Source: Azolla caroliniana
Lineage: Eukaryota; Plantae; Polypodiophyta
Direction of reading: 5' to 3'
Assembly (NCBI GenBank): GCA_043228905.1
Contig: JBHGNT010000091.1
Coordinates: 1 to 64,000, forward strand
DNA: 64,000 nt
Both the position numbers and the translations under genes were made by a program. This document shows, piece by piece, positions 12,791 to 25,800 of the stretch. Every line of letters begins with the position of its first letter. Position 1 is the first letter of the stretch. A model generated the notes under the pieces. It was not told the origin of the DNA and did not search any database. It saw only the letters and a program-made list of their open reading frames with translations.

Positions 12791-15050
12791 TTCATACCTG
12801 GCTCGTATTATATCGGATTTTTGTGTTCAAACATGCGAATCGAAGCTAACAACGCTAGCTATGATATGGAATTAAAAAATCAAAATTTTGAAACTCAGGT
12901 CGAGAGACATGAAGAAATTACCAAATTTGAGGAGTGAGTTGAGAGGAGCCCTTGAGTAAATGAAAATGTTCATACCTGGCTCGTGTAATATCGGATTTTT
13001 GTGTTCAAACATGCGAATCGAAGCTAACAACGCTAGCTATGATATGGAATTAAAAAATCAAGATTTTGAAACTCAGGTCGAGAGACATGACGAAATTTCC
13101 AAATTTGAGGAGTGAGTTGAGAAGAGCTAGGAGGTAAATTAAATAGTTCATACCTGGCTCGTGTGATATCGTATATTTGTGTTCAAACATGCGAATCGAA
13201 GCTAACAACGCTAGCTATGATATGGAATTAAAAAATCAAGATTTTCAAACTCAGGTCGAGAGACATGAAGAAATTACCAAATTTGAGGAGTGACTTGAGA
13301 GGAGCCCTTGAGTAAATGAAAATGTTCATACCTGGCTCGTGTAATATCGGATTTTTGTGTTCAAACATGCGAATCGAAGCTAACAACGCTAGCTATGATA
13401 TGGAATTAAAAAAGTGAGTTGAGAAGAGCTAGGAGGTAAATTAAATAGGTCATACCTGGCTCGTGTGATATCGTATATTTGTGTTCAAACATGCGAATCG
13501 AAGCTAACAACGCTAGCTATGATATGGAATTAAAAAATCAAGATTTTGAAACTCAGGTCGAGAGACATGAAGAAATTACCAAATTTGAGGAGTGAGTTGA
13601 GAGGAGCCCTTCAGTAAATTAAAATGTTCATACCTGGCACGTGTGATATCGGATTTTTGTGTTCAAACATGCGAATCGAAGCTAACAACGCTAGCTATGA
13701 TATGGAATTAAGAAATCAAGATTTTGAAACTCAGGTCGAGAGACATGATGAAATTACCAAATTTGAGGAGTGAGTTAAGACGAGCTAGTGGGTAAACGAA
13801 AATGTTCATACCTAGCTCGTGTGATATCGGATTTTTGTGTTCAAACATGCGAATCGAAGCTAACAACGCTAGCTATGATATGGAATTAAAAAATCAAGAT
13901 TTTGAAACTCAGGTCGAGACACATGACGGAATTACCAAATTGGAGGAGTGAGTTGAGAGGAGCCCTTGAGTAAATTAAAATGTTCATACCTGGCTCGTAT
14001 TATATCGGATTTTTGTGTTCAAACATGCAAACGAAGCTAACAACGCTAGCTATGATATGGAATTAAAAAATCAAGATTTTGAAACTCAGGTCGAGAGACA
14101 TGAAGAAATTACCCAATTTGAGGAGTGAGTTGAGAGGAGCCCTTGAGTAAATGAAAATGTTCATACCTGGCTCGTGTAATATCGGATTTTTGTGTTCAAA
14201 CATGCGAATCGAAGCTAACAACGCTAGCTATGATATGGAATTAAAAAATCAAGATTTTGAAACTCAGGTCGAGAGACATGACGAAATTTCCAAATTTGAG
14301 GAGTGAGTTGAGAAGAGCTAGGAGGTAAATTAAATAGTTCATACCTGGCTCGTGTGATATCGTATATTTGTGTTCAAACATGCGAATCGAAGCTAACAAC
14401 GCTAGCTATGATATGGAATTAAAAAATCAAGATTTTCAAACTCAGGTCGAGAGACATGAAGAAATTACCAAATTTGAGGAGTGACTTGAGAGGAGCCCTT
14501 GAGTAAATGAAAATGTTCATACCTGGCTCGTGTAATATCGGATTTTTGTGTTCAAACATGCGAATCGAAGCTAACAACGCTAGCTATGATATGGAATTAA
14601 AAAAGTGAGTTGAGAAGAGCTAGGAGGTAAATTAAATAGGTCATACCTGGCTCGTGTGATATCGTATATTTGTGTTCAAACATGCGAATCGAAGCTAACA
14701 ACGCTAGCTATGATATGGAATTAAAAAATCAAGATTTTGAAACTCAGGTCGAGAGACATGAAGAAATTACCAAATTTGAGGAGTGAGTTGAGAGGAGCCC
14801 TTCAGTAAATTAAAATGTTCATACCTGGCACGTGTGATATCGGATTTTTGTGTTCAAACATGCGAATCGAAGCTAACAACGCTAGCTATGATATGGAATT
14901 AAGAAATCAAGATTTTGAAACTCAGGTCGAGAGACATGATGAAATTACCAAATTTGAGGAGTGAGTTAAGACGAGCTAGTGGGTAAACGAAAATGTTCAT
15001 ACCTAGCTCGTGTGATATCGGATTTTTGTGTTCAAACATGCGAATCGAAG
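12670..15050 (+). repeat. 7-monomer higher-order repeat (~1192 bp) x2 containing a 124-bp deleted monomer
   Basis: ATGACGGAATTACCAAATTGG at 12731 and 13923 (1192 = 7x178-54). Identical deletion junctions GGAATTAAAAAA|GTGAGTT lie at 13413/14 and 14604/05. Confidence 0.92.
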
Positions 15051-16689
15051 CTAACAACGCTAGCTATGATATGGAATTAAAAAATCAAGATTTTGAAACT
15101 CAGGTCGAGAGACATGACGAAATTTCCAAATTTGAGGAGTGAGTTGAGAAGAGCTAGGAGGTAAATTAAATAGTTCATACCTGGCTCGTGTGATATCGTA
15201 TATTTGTGTTCAAACATGCGAATCGAAGCTAACAACGCTAGCTATGATATGGAATTAAAAAATCAAGATTTTCAAACTCAGGTCGAGAGACATGAAGAAA
15301 TTACCAAATTTGAGGAGTGACTTGAGAGGAGCCCTTGAGTAAATGAAAATGTTCATACCTGGCTCGTGTAATATCGGATTTTTGTGTTCAAACATGCGAA
15401 TCGAAGCTAACAACGCTAGCTATGATATGGAATTAAAAAATCAAGATTTTGAAACTCAGGTCGAGAGACATGACGAAATTTCCAAATTTGAGGAGTGAGT
15501 TGAGAAGAGCTAGGAGGTAAATTAAATAGGTCATACCTGGCTCGTGTGATATCGTATATTTGTGTTCAAACATGCGAATCGAAGCTAACAACGCTAGCTA
15601 TGATATGGAATTAAAAAATCAAGATTTTGAAACTCAGGTCGAGAGACATGACGAAATTACCAAATTTGAGGAGTGACTTGAGAGGAGCCCTTCAGTAAAT
15701 GAAAATGTTCATACCTGGCTCGTGTAATATCGGATTTTTGTGTTCAAACATGCGAATCGAAGCTAACAACGCTAGCTATGATATGGAATTAAAAAATCAA
15801 GATTTTGAAACTCAGGTCGAGAGACATGACAAAATTTCCAAATTTGAGGAGTGAGTTGAGAAGAGCTAGGAGGTAAATTAAATAGTTCATACCTGGCTCG
15901 TGTGATATCGGATTTTTGTGTTCAAACATGCGGATCGAAGCTAACAATGCTAGCTATGATATGGAATTAAAAAATCAAGATTTTGAAACTCAGGTCGAGA
16001 GACATGAAGAAATTACCAAATTTGAGGAGTGAGTTGAGAGGAGCCCTTCAGTAAATTAAAATGTTCATACCTGGCACGTGTGATATCGGATTTTTGTGTT
16101 CAAACATGCGAATCGAAGCTAACAACGCTAGCTATGATATGGAATTAAGAAATCAAGATTTTGAAACTCAGGTCGAGAGACATGATGAAATTACCAAATT
16201 TGAGGAGTGAGTTAAGACGAGCTAGTGGGTAAACGAAAATGTTCATACCTAGCTCGTGTGATATCGGATTTTTGTGTTCAAACATGCGAATCGAAGCTAA
16301 CAACGCTAGCTATGATATGGAATTAAAAAATCAAGATTTTGAAACTCAGGTCGAGAGACATGACGAAATTACCAAATTTGAGGAGTGACTTGAGAGGAGC
16401 CCTTCAGTAAATGAAAATGTTCATACCTGGCTCGTGTGATATCGGATTTCTGTGTTCAAACATGCGAATCGAAGCTAACAACGCTAGCTATGATATGGAA
16501 TTAAAAAATCAAGATTTTGAAACTGAGGTCGACAGACACGACGAAATTACCAAATTTGAGGAGTGAGTTGAGAGCAGCTAGTGGGTAAACGAAAATGTTC
16601 ATACCTAGCTCGTGTGATATCGGATTTTTGTGTTCAAACATGCGAATCGAAGCTAACAACGCTAGCTATGATATGGAATTAAAAAATCA

Positions 16690-18180
16690 AGATTTTGAAA
16701 CACAGATCGAGAGACATGATGAAATCACCAAATTTGAGGAGTGAGTTCAGAAGAGCTAGGAGGTAAATTAAAATGTTCATACCTGGCTTGTGTGATATCG
16801 AATTTTTGTGTTCAAACATGCGAATCGAAGCTAACAACGCTAGCTATATTATGGAATTAAAAAATCAAGATTTTGAAACTCAGGTCGAGAGACATGACGA
16901 AATTACCAAATTTGAGGAGTGAGTTGAGAGGAGCCCTTCAGTAAATTAAAATGTTCATACCTGGCTCGTGTAATATCGGATTTTTGTGTTCAAACATGCG
17001 AATTGAAGCTAACAACGCTACCTATGATATGGAATTAAAAAATCAAGATTTTGACACTCAGGTCGAGAGACATGACGAAATTACCAAATGTGAGGAGTGA
17101 GTTGGGAAGAGCTAGGAGGTAAATTAAATAGTTCATACCTGGTTCCTGTGATATCGGATTTTTGTGTTCAAACATGCGAATCGAAGCTAACAACGCTAGC
17201 TATTATATGGAATTAAAAAATCAAGATTTTGAAACTCAGGTCGAGCGACATGATGAAATTTCCAAATTTGAGGAGTGAGTTGAGAGGAGCCCTTGAGTAA
17301 ATTAAAATGTTCATACCTGGCACGTATCATATCGGATTTTTGTGTTCAAACATGGGAATCGAAGCTAACAATGCTAGCTCTGATATGGAATTAAAAAATC
17401 AAGATTTTGAAACTCAGGTCGAGATACATGACGGAATTACCAAATTTGAGGAGTGAGTTGAGAGGAGCCCTTGAGTAATTTAAAATGTTCATACCTGGCT
17501 CGTGTAATATAGGGTTTTTGTGTTCAAACATGCGAATCGAAGCTAACAACGTTAGCTATGATATGGAATTAAAAAATCAAGATTTTGAAACTCAGATCGA
17601 GAGACATGATGAAATCACCAAATTTGAGGAGTGAGTTGAGAAGTGCTAGGACGTAAATTAAAATGTTCATACCTGGCTTGTGTGATATCGAATTTTTGTG
17701 TTCAAACATGCGAATCGAAGCTAACAACGCTAGCTATATTATGGAATTAAAAAATTAAGATTTTGAAACTCAGGTCGAGAGACATGACGAAATTACCAAA
17801 TTTGAGGAGTGAGTTGAGAGGAGCCCTTGAGTAAATTAAAATGTTCATACCTGGCTCGTGTAATATCGGATTTTTGTGTTCAAACATGCGAATTGAAGCT
17901 AACAACGCTACCTATGATATGGAATTAAAAAATCAAGATTTTGACACTCAGGTCGAGAGACATGACGAAATTACCAAATGTGAGGAGTGAGTTGGGAAGA
18001 GCTAGGAGGTAAATTAAATAGTTCATACCTGGTTCCTGTGATATCGGATTTTTGTGTTCAAACATGCGAATCGAAGCTAACAACGCTAGCTATTATATGG
18101 AATTAAAAAATCAAGATTTTGAAACTCAGGTCGAGCGACATGATGAAATTTCCAAATTTGAGGAGTGAGTTGAGAGGAGC
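16690..18180 (+). repeat. Block duplication at 5-monomer spacing (890 bp)
   Basis: TTGACACTCA at 17051 and 17941. The GTTGGGAAGA, GGTTCCTGTG, TCGAGCGACA and AAATCACC markers all recur at +890. Confidence 0.85.
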
Positions 18181-21100
18181 CCTTCAGTAAATGAAAATGT
18201 TCATACCTGGCTCGTGTAATATCGGATTTTTGTGTTCAAACATGCGAATCGAAGCTAACAACGCTAGCTATGATATGGAATTAAAAAATCAAGATTTTGA
18301 AACTCAGGTCGAGATACATGACGAAATTTCCAAATTTGAGGAGTGAGTTGAGAAGAGCTAGGAGGTAAATTAAATAGTTCATACCTGGCTCGTGTGATAT
18401 CGTATATTTGTGTTCAAACATGCGAATCGAAGCTAACAACGCTAGCTACGATATGGAATTAAGAAATGAAGATTTTGAAACTCAGGTCGAGAGACATGAG
18501 GAAATTACCAAATTTGAGGAGTGAGTTAAGACGAGCTAGTGGGTAAACGAAAATGTTCATACCTAGCTCGTGTGATATCGGATTTTTGTGTTCAAACATG
18601 CGAATCGAAGCTAACAACGCTAGCTATGATATGGAATTAAGAAATCAAGATTTTGAAACTCAGGTCGAGAGACATGAAGAAATTACCAAATTTGAGGAGT
18701 GAGTTGAGAGGAGCCCTTGAGTAAATGAAAATGTTCATACCTGGCTCGTGTAATATCGGATTTTTGTGTTCAAACATGCGAATCGAAGCTAACAACGCTA
18801 GCTATGACATGGAATTAAAAAATCAAGATTTTGAAACTCAGGTCGAGAGACATGACGAAATTTCCAAATTTGAGGAGTGAGTTGAGAAGAGCTAGGAGGT
18901 AAATTAAATAGTTCATACCTGGCTCGTGTGATATCGTATATTTGTGTTCAAACATGCGAATCGAAGCTAACAACGCTAGCTATGATCTGGAATTAAAAAA
19001 TAAAGATTTTGAAACTCAGGTCGAGAGACATGATGAAATTACCAAATTTGAGGAGTGACTTGAGAGGAGCCCTTCAGTAAATGAAAATGTTCATACCTGG
19101 CTCGTGTGATATCGGATTTTTGTGTTCAAACATGCGAATCGAAGCTAACAATGCTAGCTATGATATGGAATTAAAAAATCAAGATTTTGAAACTCAGGTC
19201 GACAGACATGACGAAATTACCAAATTTGAGGAGTGAGTTGAGAGGAGCCCTTGAGTAAATGAAAATGTTCATACCTGGCTCGTGTCATATCGGATTTTTG
19301 TGTTCAAACATGCGAATCGAAGCTAACGACACTACCTATGATATGCAATTAAAAAATCAAGATTTTGAAACTCAGGTCGAGAGACATGACGAAATTACCA
19401 AATTTGAGTAGTGAGTTGAGAAAAGCTAGGAGGTAAATTAAATAGTTCATACCTGGCTCGTGTGATATCGTATATTTGTGTTCAAACATGCGAATCGAAG
19501 CTAACAACGCTAGCTATGATATGGAATTAAGAAATCAAGATTTTGAAACTCAGGTCGAGAGACATGAGGAAATTACCAAATTTGAGGAGTGAGTTAAGAC
19601 GAGCTAGTGGGTAAACGAAAATGTTCATACCTAGCTCGTGTGATATCGGATTTTTGTGTTCAAACATGCGAATCGAAGCTAACAACACTACGTATGATAT
19701 GGAATTAAAAAATCAAGATTTTGAAACTCAGGTCGAGAGACATGACGAAATTAGCAAACTTGAGGAAGTAGTGGAGAGGAGCCCTTGAGTAAATCAAAAT
19801 GTTCATACCTGGCTCGTGTGATATCGGATTTTTGTGTTCAAACATGCGAATCGAAGCTAACAATGCTAGCTATGATATGGAATTAAAAAATCAAGATTTT
19901 GAAACTCAGGTCAACAGACATGACGAAATTACCAAATTTGAGGAGTGAGTTGAGAGGAGCCCTTCAGTAAATTAAAATGTTCATACCTGGCACGTGTTAT
20001 ATCGGATTTTTGTGTTCAAACATGCGAATCGAAGCTAACAACGCTAGCTATTATATGGAATTAAAAAATCAAGATTTTGAAACTCAGGTCGAGAGACATG
20101 ACGAAATTACCAAATTTGAGGAGTGAGTTAAGACGAGCTAGTGGGTAAACGAAAATATTCATACCTAGCTCGTGTGATATCGGAGTTTTGTGGTCAAACA
20201 TGCGAATCGAAGCTAACAACGCTAGCTATGATATGGAATTAAAAAATCAAGATTTTGAAACTCAGGTTGACAGACATGACGAAATTACCAAATTTGAGTA
20301 GTGAGTTGAGAGGAGCCCTTGAGTAAATTAAAATGTTCATACCTGGCTCGTGTCATATCGGAGTTTTGTGTTCAAACATGCGAATCGAAGCTAACAGCGC
20401 TAGCTATTATATGGAATTAAAAAATCAAGATTTTGAAACTCAGGTCGAGAGACATGACGAAATTTCCAAATTTGAGGAGTGAGTTGAGAAGAGCTAGGAG
20501 GTAAATTAAATAGTTCATACCTGGCTCGTGTCATATCGGATTTTTGTGTTCAAATATGCGAATCGAAGCTAACAATGCTAGCTATGATATGGAATTAAAA
20601 AATCAAGATTTTGAAACTCAAGTCGACAGACATGACGAAATTACCAAATTTGAGGAGTGAGTTGAGAGGAGCCGTTGAGTAAATTAAAATGTTCATACCT
20701 GGTTCGTGTCATATCGGATTTTTGTGTTCAAACATGCGAATCGAAGCTAACAATGCTAGTTATGATATGGAATTAAAAAATCAAGATTTTGAAACTCAGG
20801 TTGACAGACATGACGAAATTACCAAATTTGAGGAGTGAGTTGAGAGGAGCCCTTGAGTAAATTAAAATATTCATACCTGACTCGTGTCATATCGTATTTT
20901 TGTTTTCAAACATGCGAATCGAAGCTAACAACGCTAGCTATGATGGGGAATTAAAAAATCAAGATTTTGAAACTCAAGTCGAGAGACATGACGAAATTAC
21001 CAAATTTGAGAAGTGAGTTAAGAAGAGCTAGGAGGTAAATTAAAATGTTCATACCTGGCTCGTGTGATATCGGATTTCTGTGTTCAAACATGCGAATCGA

Positions 21101-22829
21101 AGCTAACAACGCTAGCTATGATATGGAATTAAAAAATCAAGATTTTGAAACTGAGGTCGACAGACACGACGAAATTACCAAATTTGAGGAGTGAGTTGAG
21201 AGCAGCTAGTGGGTAAACGAAAACGTTCATACCTAGCTCGTGTGATATCGGATTTTTGTGTTCAAACATGCGAATCGAAGCTAACAACGCTAGCTATGAT
21301 ATGGATTTAAAAAATCAAGATTTTGAAACTCAGGTCGACAGACATGACGAAATTACCAAATTTGAGGAGTGAGTTGAGAAGAGCTAGGAGGTAAATTAAA
21401 TAGTTCATACCTGGCTCGTGTGATATCGGATTTTTGTGTTCAAACATGCGAATCGAAGCTAACAATGCTAGCTATGATATGGAATTAAAAAATCAAGATT
21501 TTGAAACTCAGGTCGACAGACATGAGGAAATTACCAAATTTGAGGAGTGAGTTGAGAGGAGCCCTTGAGTAAATTAAAATGTTCATACCTGGTTCGTGTC
21601 ATTTCGGAGTTTTGTGTTCAAACATGCGAATCGAAGCTAACAACGCTAGCTATGATATGGAATTAGAAAATCAAGATTTTGAAACTCAGGTCGAGAGACA
21701 TGACGAAATTACCAAATTTGAGGAGTGAGTTGAGAGGAGCCCTTGAGTAAATCAAAATGTTTATACCTGGCTCGTGTCATATCGGATTTTTGTGTTCAAA
21801 CATGCGAATCGAAGCTAACAATGCTAGTTATGATATGGAATTATAAAATCAAGATTTTGAAACTCAGGTCGAGAGACATGACGAAATTTCCAAATTTGAG
21901 TAGTGAGTTGAGAGGAGCCCTTGAGTAAATGAAAATGTTCATACCTGGCACGTGTGATATCGGATTTTTGTGTTCAAACATGGGAATTGAAGCTAACAAT
22001 GCTAGCTATGATATGGAATTAAAAAATCAAGATTTTGAAACTCAGGTCGAGAGACATGACGAAATTTCCAAATTTGAGGAGTGAGTTGAGAAGAGCTAGG
22101 AGGTAAATTAAAATGTTCATACCTGGCTCGTGTGATATCGGATTTCTGTGTTCAAACATGCGAATCGAAGCTAACAACGCTAGCTATGATATGGAATTAA
22201 AAAATCAAGATTTTAAAACTCAGGTCGACAGACACGACGAAATTACCATATTTGAGGAGTGAGTTGAGAGGAGCCCTTGAGTAAATTAAAATGTTCATAC
22301 CTGGCTCGTGTCATATCGGATTTTTGTGTTCAAACATGCAAATCGAAGCTAACAACACTACCTATGATATGGAATTAAAAAATCAAGATTTTGAAACTCA
22401 GGTCGAGAGACATGACGAAATTAGCAAACTTGAGGAAGTAGTGGAGAGGAGCCCTTGAGTAAATGAAAATGTTCATACCTGGCTCGTGTGATATCGGATT
22501 TTTGTGTTCAAACATGCGAATCAAAGCTAACAACGCTAGCTATGATATGGAATTAAAAAATCAAGATTTTGAAACTCAGGTCGAGAGACATGAAGAAATT
22601 ACCAAATTTGAGGAGTGAGTTGAGAGGAGCCCTTGAGTAAATCAAAATGTTCATACCTGGCTCGTGTCGTATCGGATTTTTGTGTTCAAACATGCGAATC
22701 GAAGCTAACAACGCTAGCTATGATATGGAATTAAAAAATCAAGATTTTGAAACTCAGGTCGAGAGACATGACGAAATTTCCAAATTTGAGGAGTGAGTTG
22801 AGAAGAGCTAGGAGGTAAATTAAAATGTT

Positions 22830-25800
22830 CATACCTGGCTCGTGTGATATCGGAGTTTTGTGTTCAAACATGCGAATCGAAGCTAACAACGCTAGCTATG
22901 ATATGGAATTAAAAAATCAAGATTTTGAAACTCAGGTCGACAGACATGACGAAATTACCAAATTTGAGTAGTGAGTTGAGAGGAGCCCTTGAGTAAATTA
23001 AAATGTTCATACCTGGCTCGTGTCATATCGGAGTTTTGTGTTCAAACATGCGAATCGAAGATAACAACGCTAGCTATTATATGGAATTAAAAAATCAAGA
23101 TTTTGAAACTCAGGTCGACAGACATGACGAAATTACCAAATTTGAGGAGTGAGTTGAGAGGAGCCCTTGAGTAAATCGAAATGTTCATACCTGGCTCGTG
23201 TCATATCGGAGTTTTGTGTTCAAACATGCGAATCGAAGCTAACAACGCTAGCTATGATATGGAATTAAAAAATCAAGATTTTGAAACTCAGGTCGAGAGA
23301 CATGACGAAATTTCCAAATTTGAGGAGTGAGTTGAGAAGAGCTAGGAGGTAAATTAAATAGTTCATACCTGGCTCGTGTGATATCGGATTTTTGTGTTCA
23401 AACATGCGAATCGAAGCTAACAATGCTAGCTATGATATGGAATTAAAAAATCAAGATTTTGAAACTCAAGTCGACAGACATGACGAAATTACCAAATTTG
23501 AGGAGTGAGTTGAGAGGAGCCCTTGAGTAAATTAAAATGTTCATACCTGGTTCGTGTCATTTCGGAGTTTTGTGTTCAAACATGCGAATCGAAGCTAACA
23601 ACGCTAGCTATGATATGGAATTAGAAAATCAAGATTTTGAAACTCAGGTCGAGAGACATGACGAAATTACCAAATTTGAGGAGTGAGTTGAGAGGAGCCC
23701 TTGAGTAAATCAAAATGTTCATACCTGGCTCGTGTCATATCGGATTTTTGTGTTCAAACATGCGAATCGAAGCTAACAATGCTAGTTATGATATGGAATT
23801 AAAAAATCAAGATTTTGAAACTCAGGTTGACAGACATGACGAAATTACCAAATTTGAGGAGTGAGTTGAGAGGAGCCCTTGAGTAAATTAAAATATTCAT
23901 ACCTGACTCGTGTCATATCGTATTTTTGTTTTCAAACATGCGAATCGAAGCTAACAACGCTAGCTATGATGGGGAATTAAAAAATCAAGATTTTGAAACT
24001 CAAGTCGAGAGACATGACGAAATTACCAAATTTGAGGAAGTAGTGGAGAGGAGCCCTTGAGTAAATGAAAATGTTCATACCTGGCTCGTGTGATATCGGA
24101 TTTTTGTGTTCAAACATGCGAATCGAAGCTAACAACGCTAGCTATGATATGGAATTAAAAAATCAAGATTTTGAAACTCAGGTCGACAGACATGAAGAAA
24201 TTACCAAATTTGAGGAGTGAGTTGAGAGGAGCCCTTGAGTAAATCAAAATGTTCATACCTGGCTCGTGTCATATCGGATTTTTGTGTTCAAACATGCGAA
24301 TCGAAGCTAACAACGCTAGCTATGATATGGAATTAAAAAATCAAGATTTTGAAACTCAGGTCGAGAGACATGATGAAATTACCAAATTTGAGGAGTGAGT
24401 TAAGACGACCTAGTGGGTAAACGAAAATATTCATACCTAGGTCGTGTCATATCGGATTTTTGTGTTCAAATATGCGAATCGAAGCTAACAACGCTAGCTA
24501 TGATATGGAATTAAAAAATCAAGATTTTGAAACTCAGGTCGACAGACATGACGAAATTACCAAATTTGAGGAGTGAGTTGAGAGCAGCTAGTGGGTAAAC
24601 GAAAATGTTCATACCTAGCTCGTGTGATATCGGATTTTTGTGTTCAAACTTGCGAATCGAAGCTAACAACGCTAGTTATGATATGGAATTAAAAAATCAA
24701 GATTTTGAAACTCAGGTCGACAGACATGACGAAATTACCAAATTTGAGGAGTGAGTTGAGAAGAGCCCTTGAGTAAATGAAAATGTTCATACCTGGCTCG
24801 TGTGATATCGGAGTTTTGTGTTCAAACATGCGAATCGAAGCTAACAACGCTAGCTATGATATGGAATTAAAAAATCAAGATTTTGAAACTCAGGTCGACA
24901 GACATGACGAAATTACCAAATTTGAGTAGTGAGTTGAGAGGATCCCTTGAGTAAATTAAAATGTTCATACCTGGCTCGTGTCATATCGGAGTTTTGTGTT
25001 CAAACATGCGAATCGAAGATAACAACGCTAGCTATTATATGGAATTAAAAAATCAAGATTTTGAAACTCAGGTCGACAGACATGACGAAATTACCAAATT
25101 TGAGGAGTGAGTTGAGAGGAGCCCTTGAGTAAATCGAAATGTTCATACCTGGCTCGTGTCATATCGGAGTTTTGTGTTCAAACATGCGAATCGAAGCTAA
25201 CAACGCTAGCTATGATATGGAATTAAAAAATCAAGATTTTGAAACTCAGGTCGAGAGACATGACGAAATTTCCAAATTTGAGGAGTGAGTTGAGAAGAGC
25301 TAGGAGGTAAATTAAATAGTTCATACCTGGCTCGTGTGATATCGGATTTTTGTGTTCAAACATGCGAATCGAAGCTAACAATGCTAGCTATGATATGGAA
25401 TTAAAAAATCAAGATTTTGAAACTCAAGTCGACAGACATGACGAAATTACCAAATTTGAGGAGTGAGTTGAGAGGAGCCCTTGAGTAAATTAAAATGTTC
25501 ATACCTGGTTCGTGTCATTTCGGAGTTTTGTGTTCAAACATGCGAATCGAAGCTAACAACGCTAGCTATGATATGGAATTAGAAAATCAAGATTTTGAAA
25601 CTCAGGTCGAGAGACATGACGAAATTACCAAATTTGAGGAGTGAGTTGAGAGGAGCCCTTGAGTAAATCAAAATGTTCATACCTGGCTCGTGTCATATCG
25701 GATTTTTGTGTTCAAACATGCGAATCGAAGCTAACAATGCTAGTTATGATATGGAATTAAAAAATCAAGATTTTGAAACTCAGGTTGACAGACATGACGA

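Noticed and set aside
21743-21928. 61-aa ORF on +
   Set aside because: It spans one satellite monomer with a TTG start. It is open only because SNPs removed stops found in sibling monomers, and it has no gene context.
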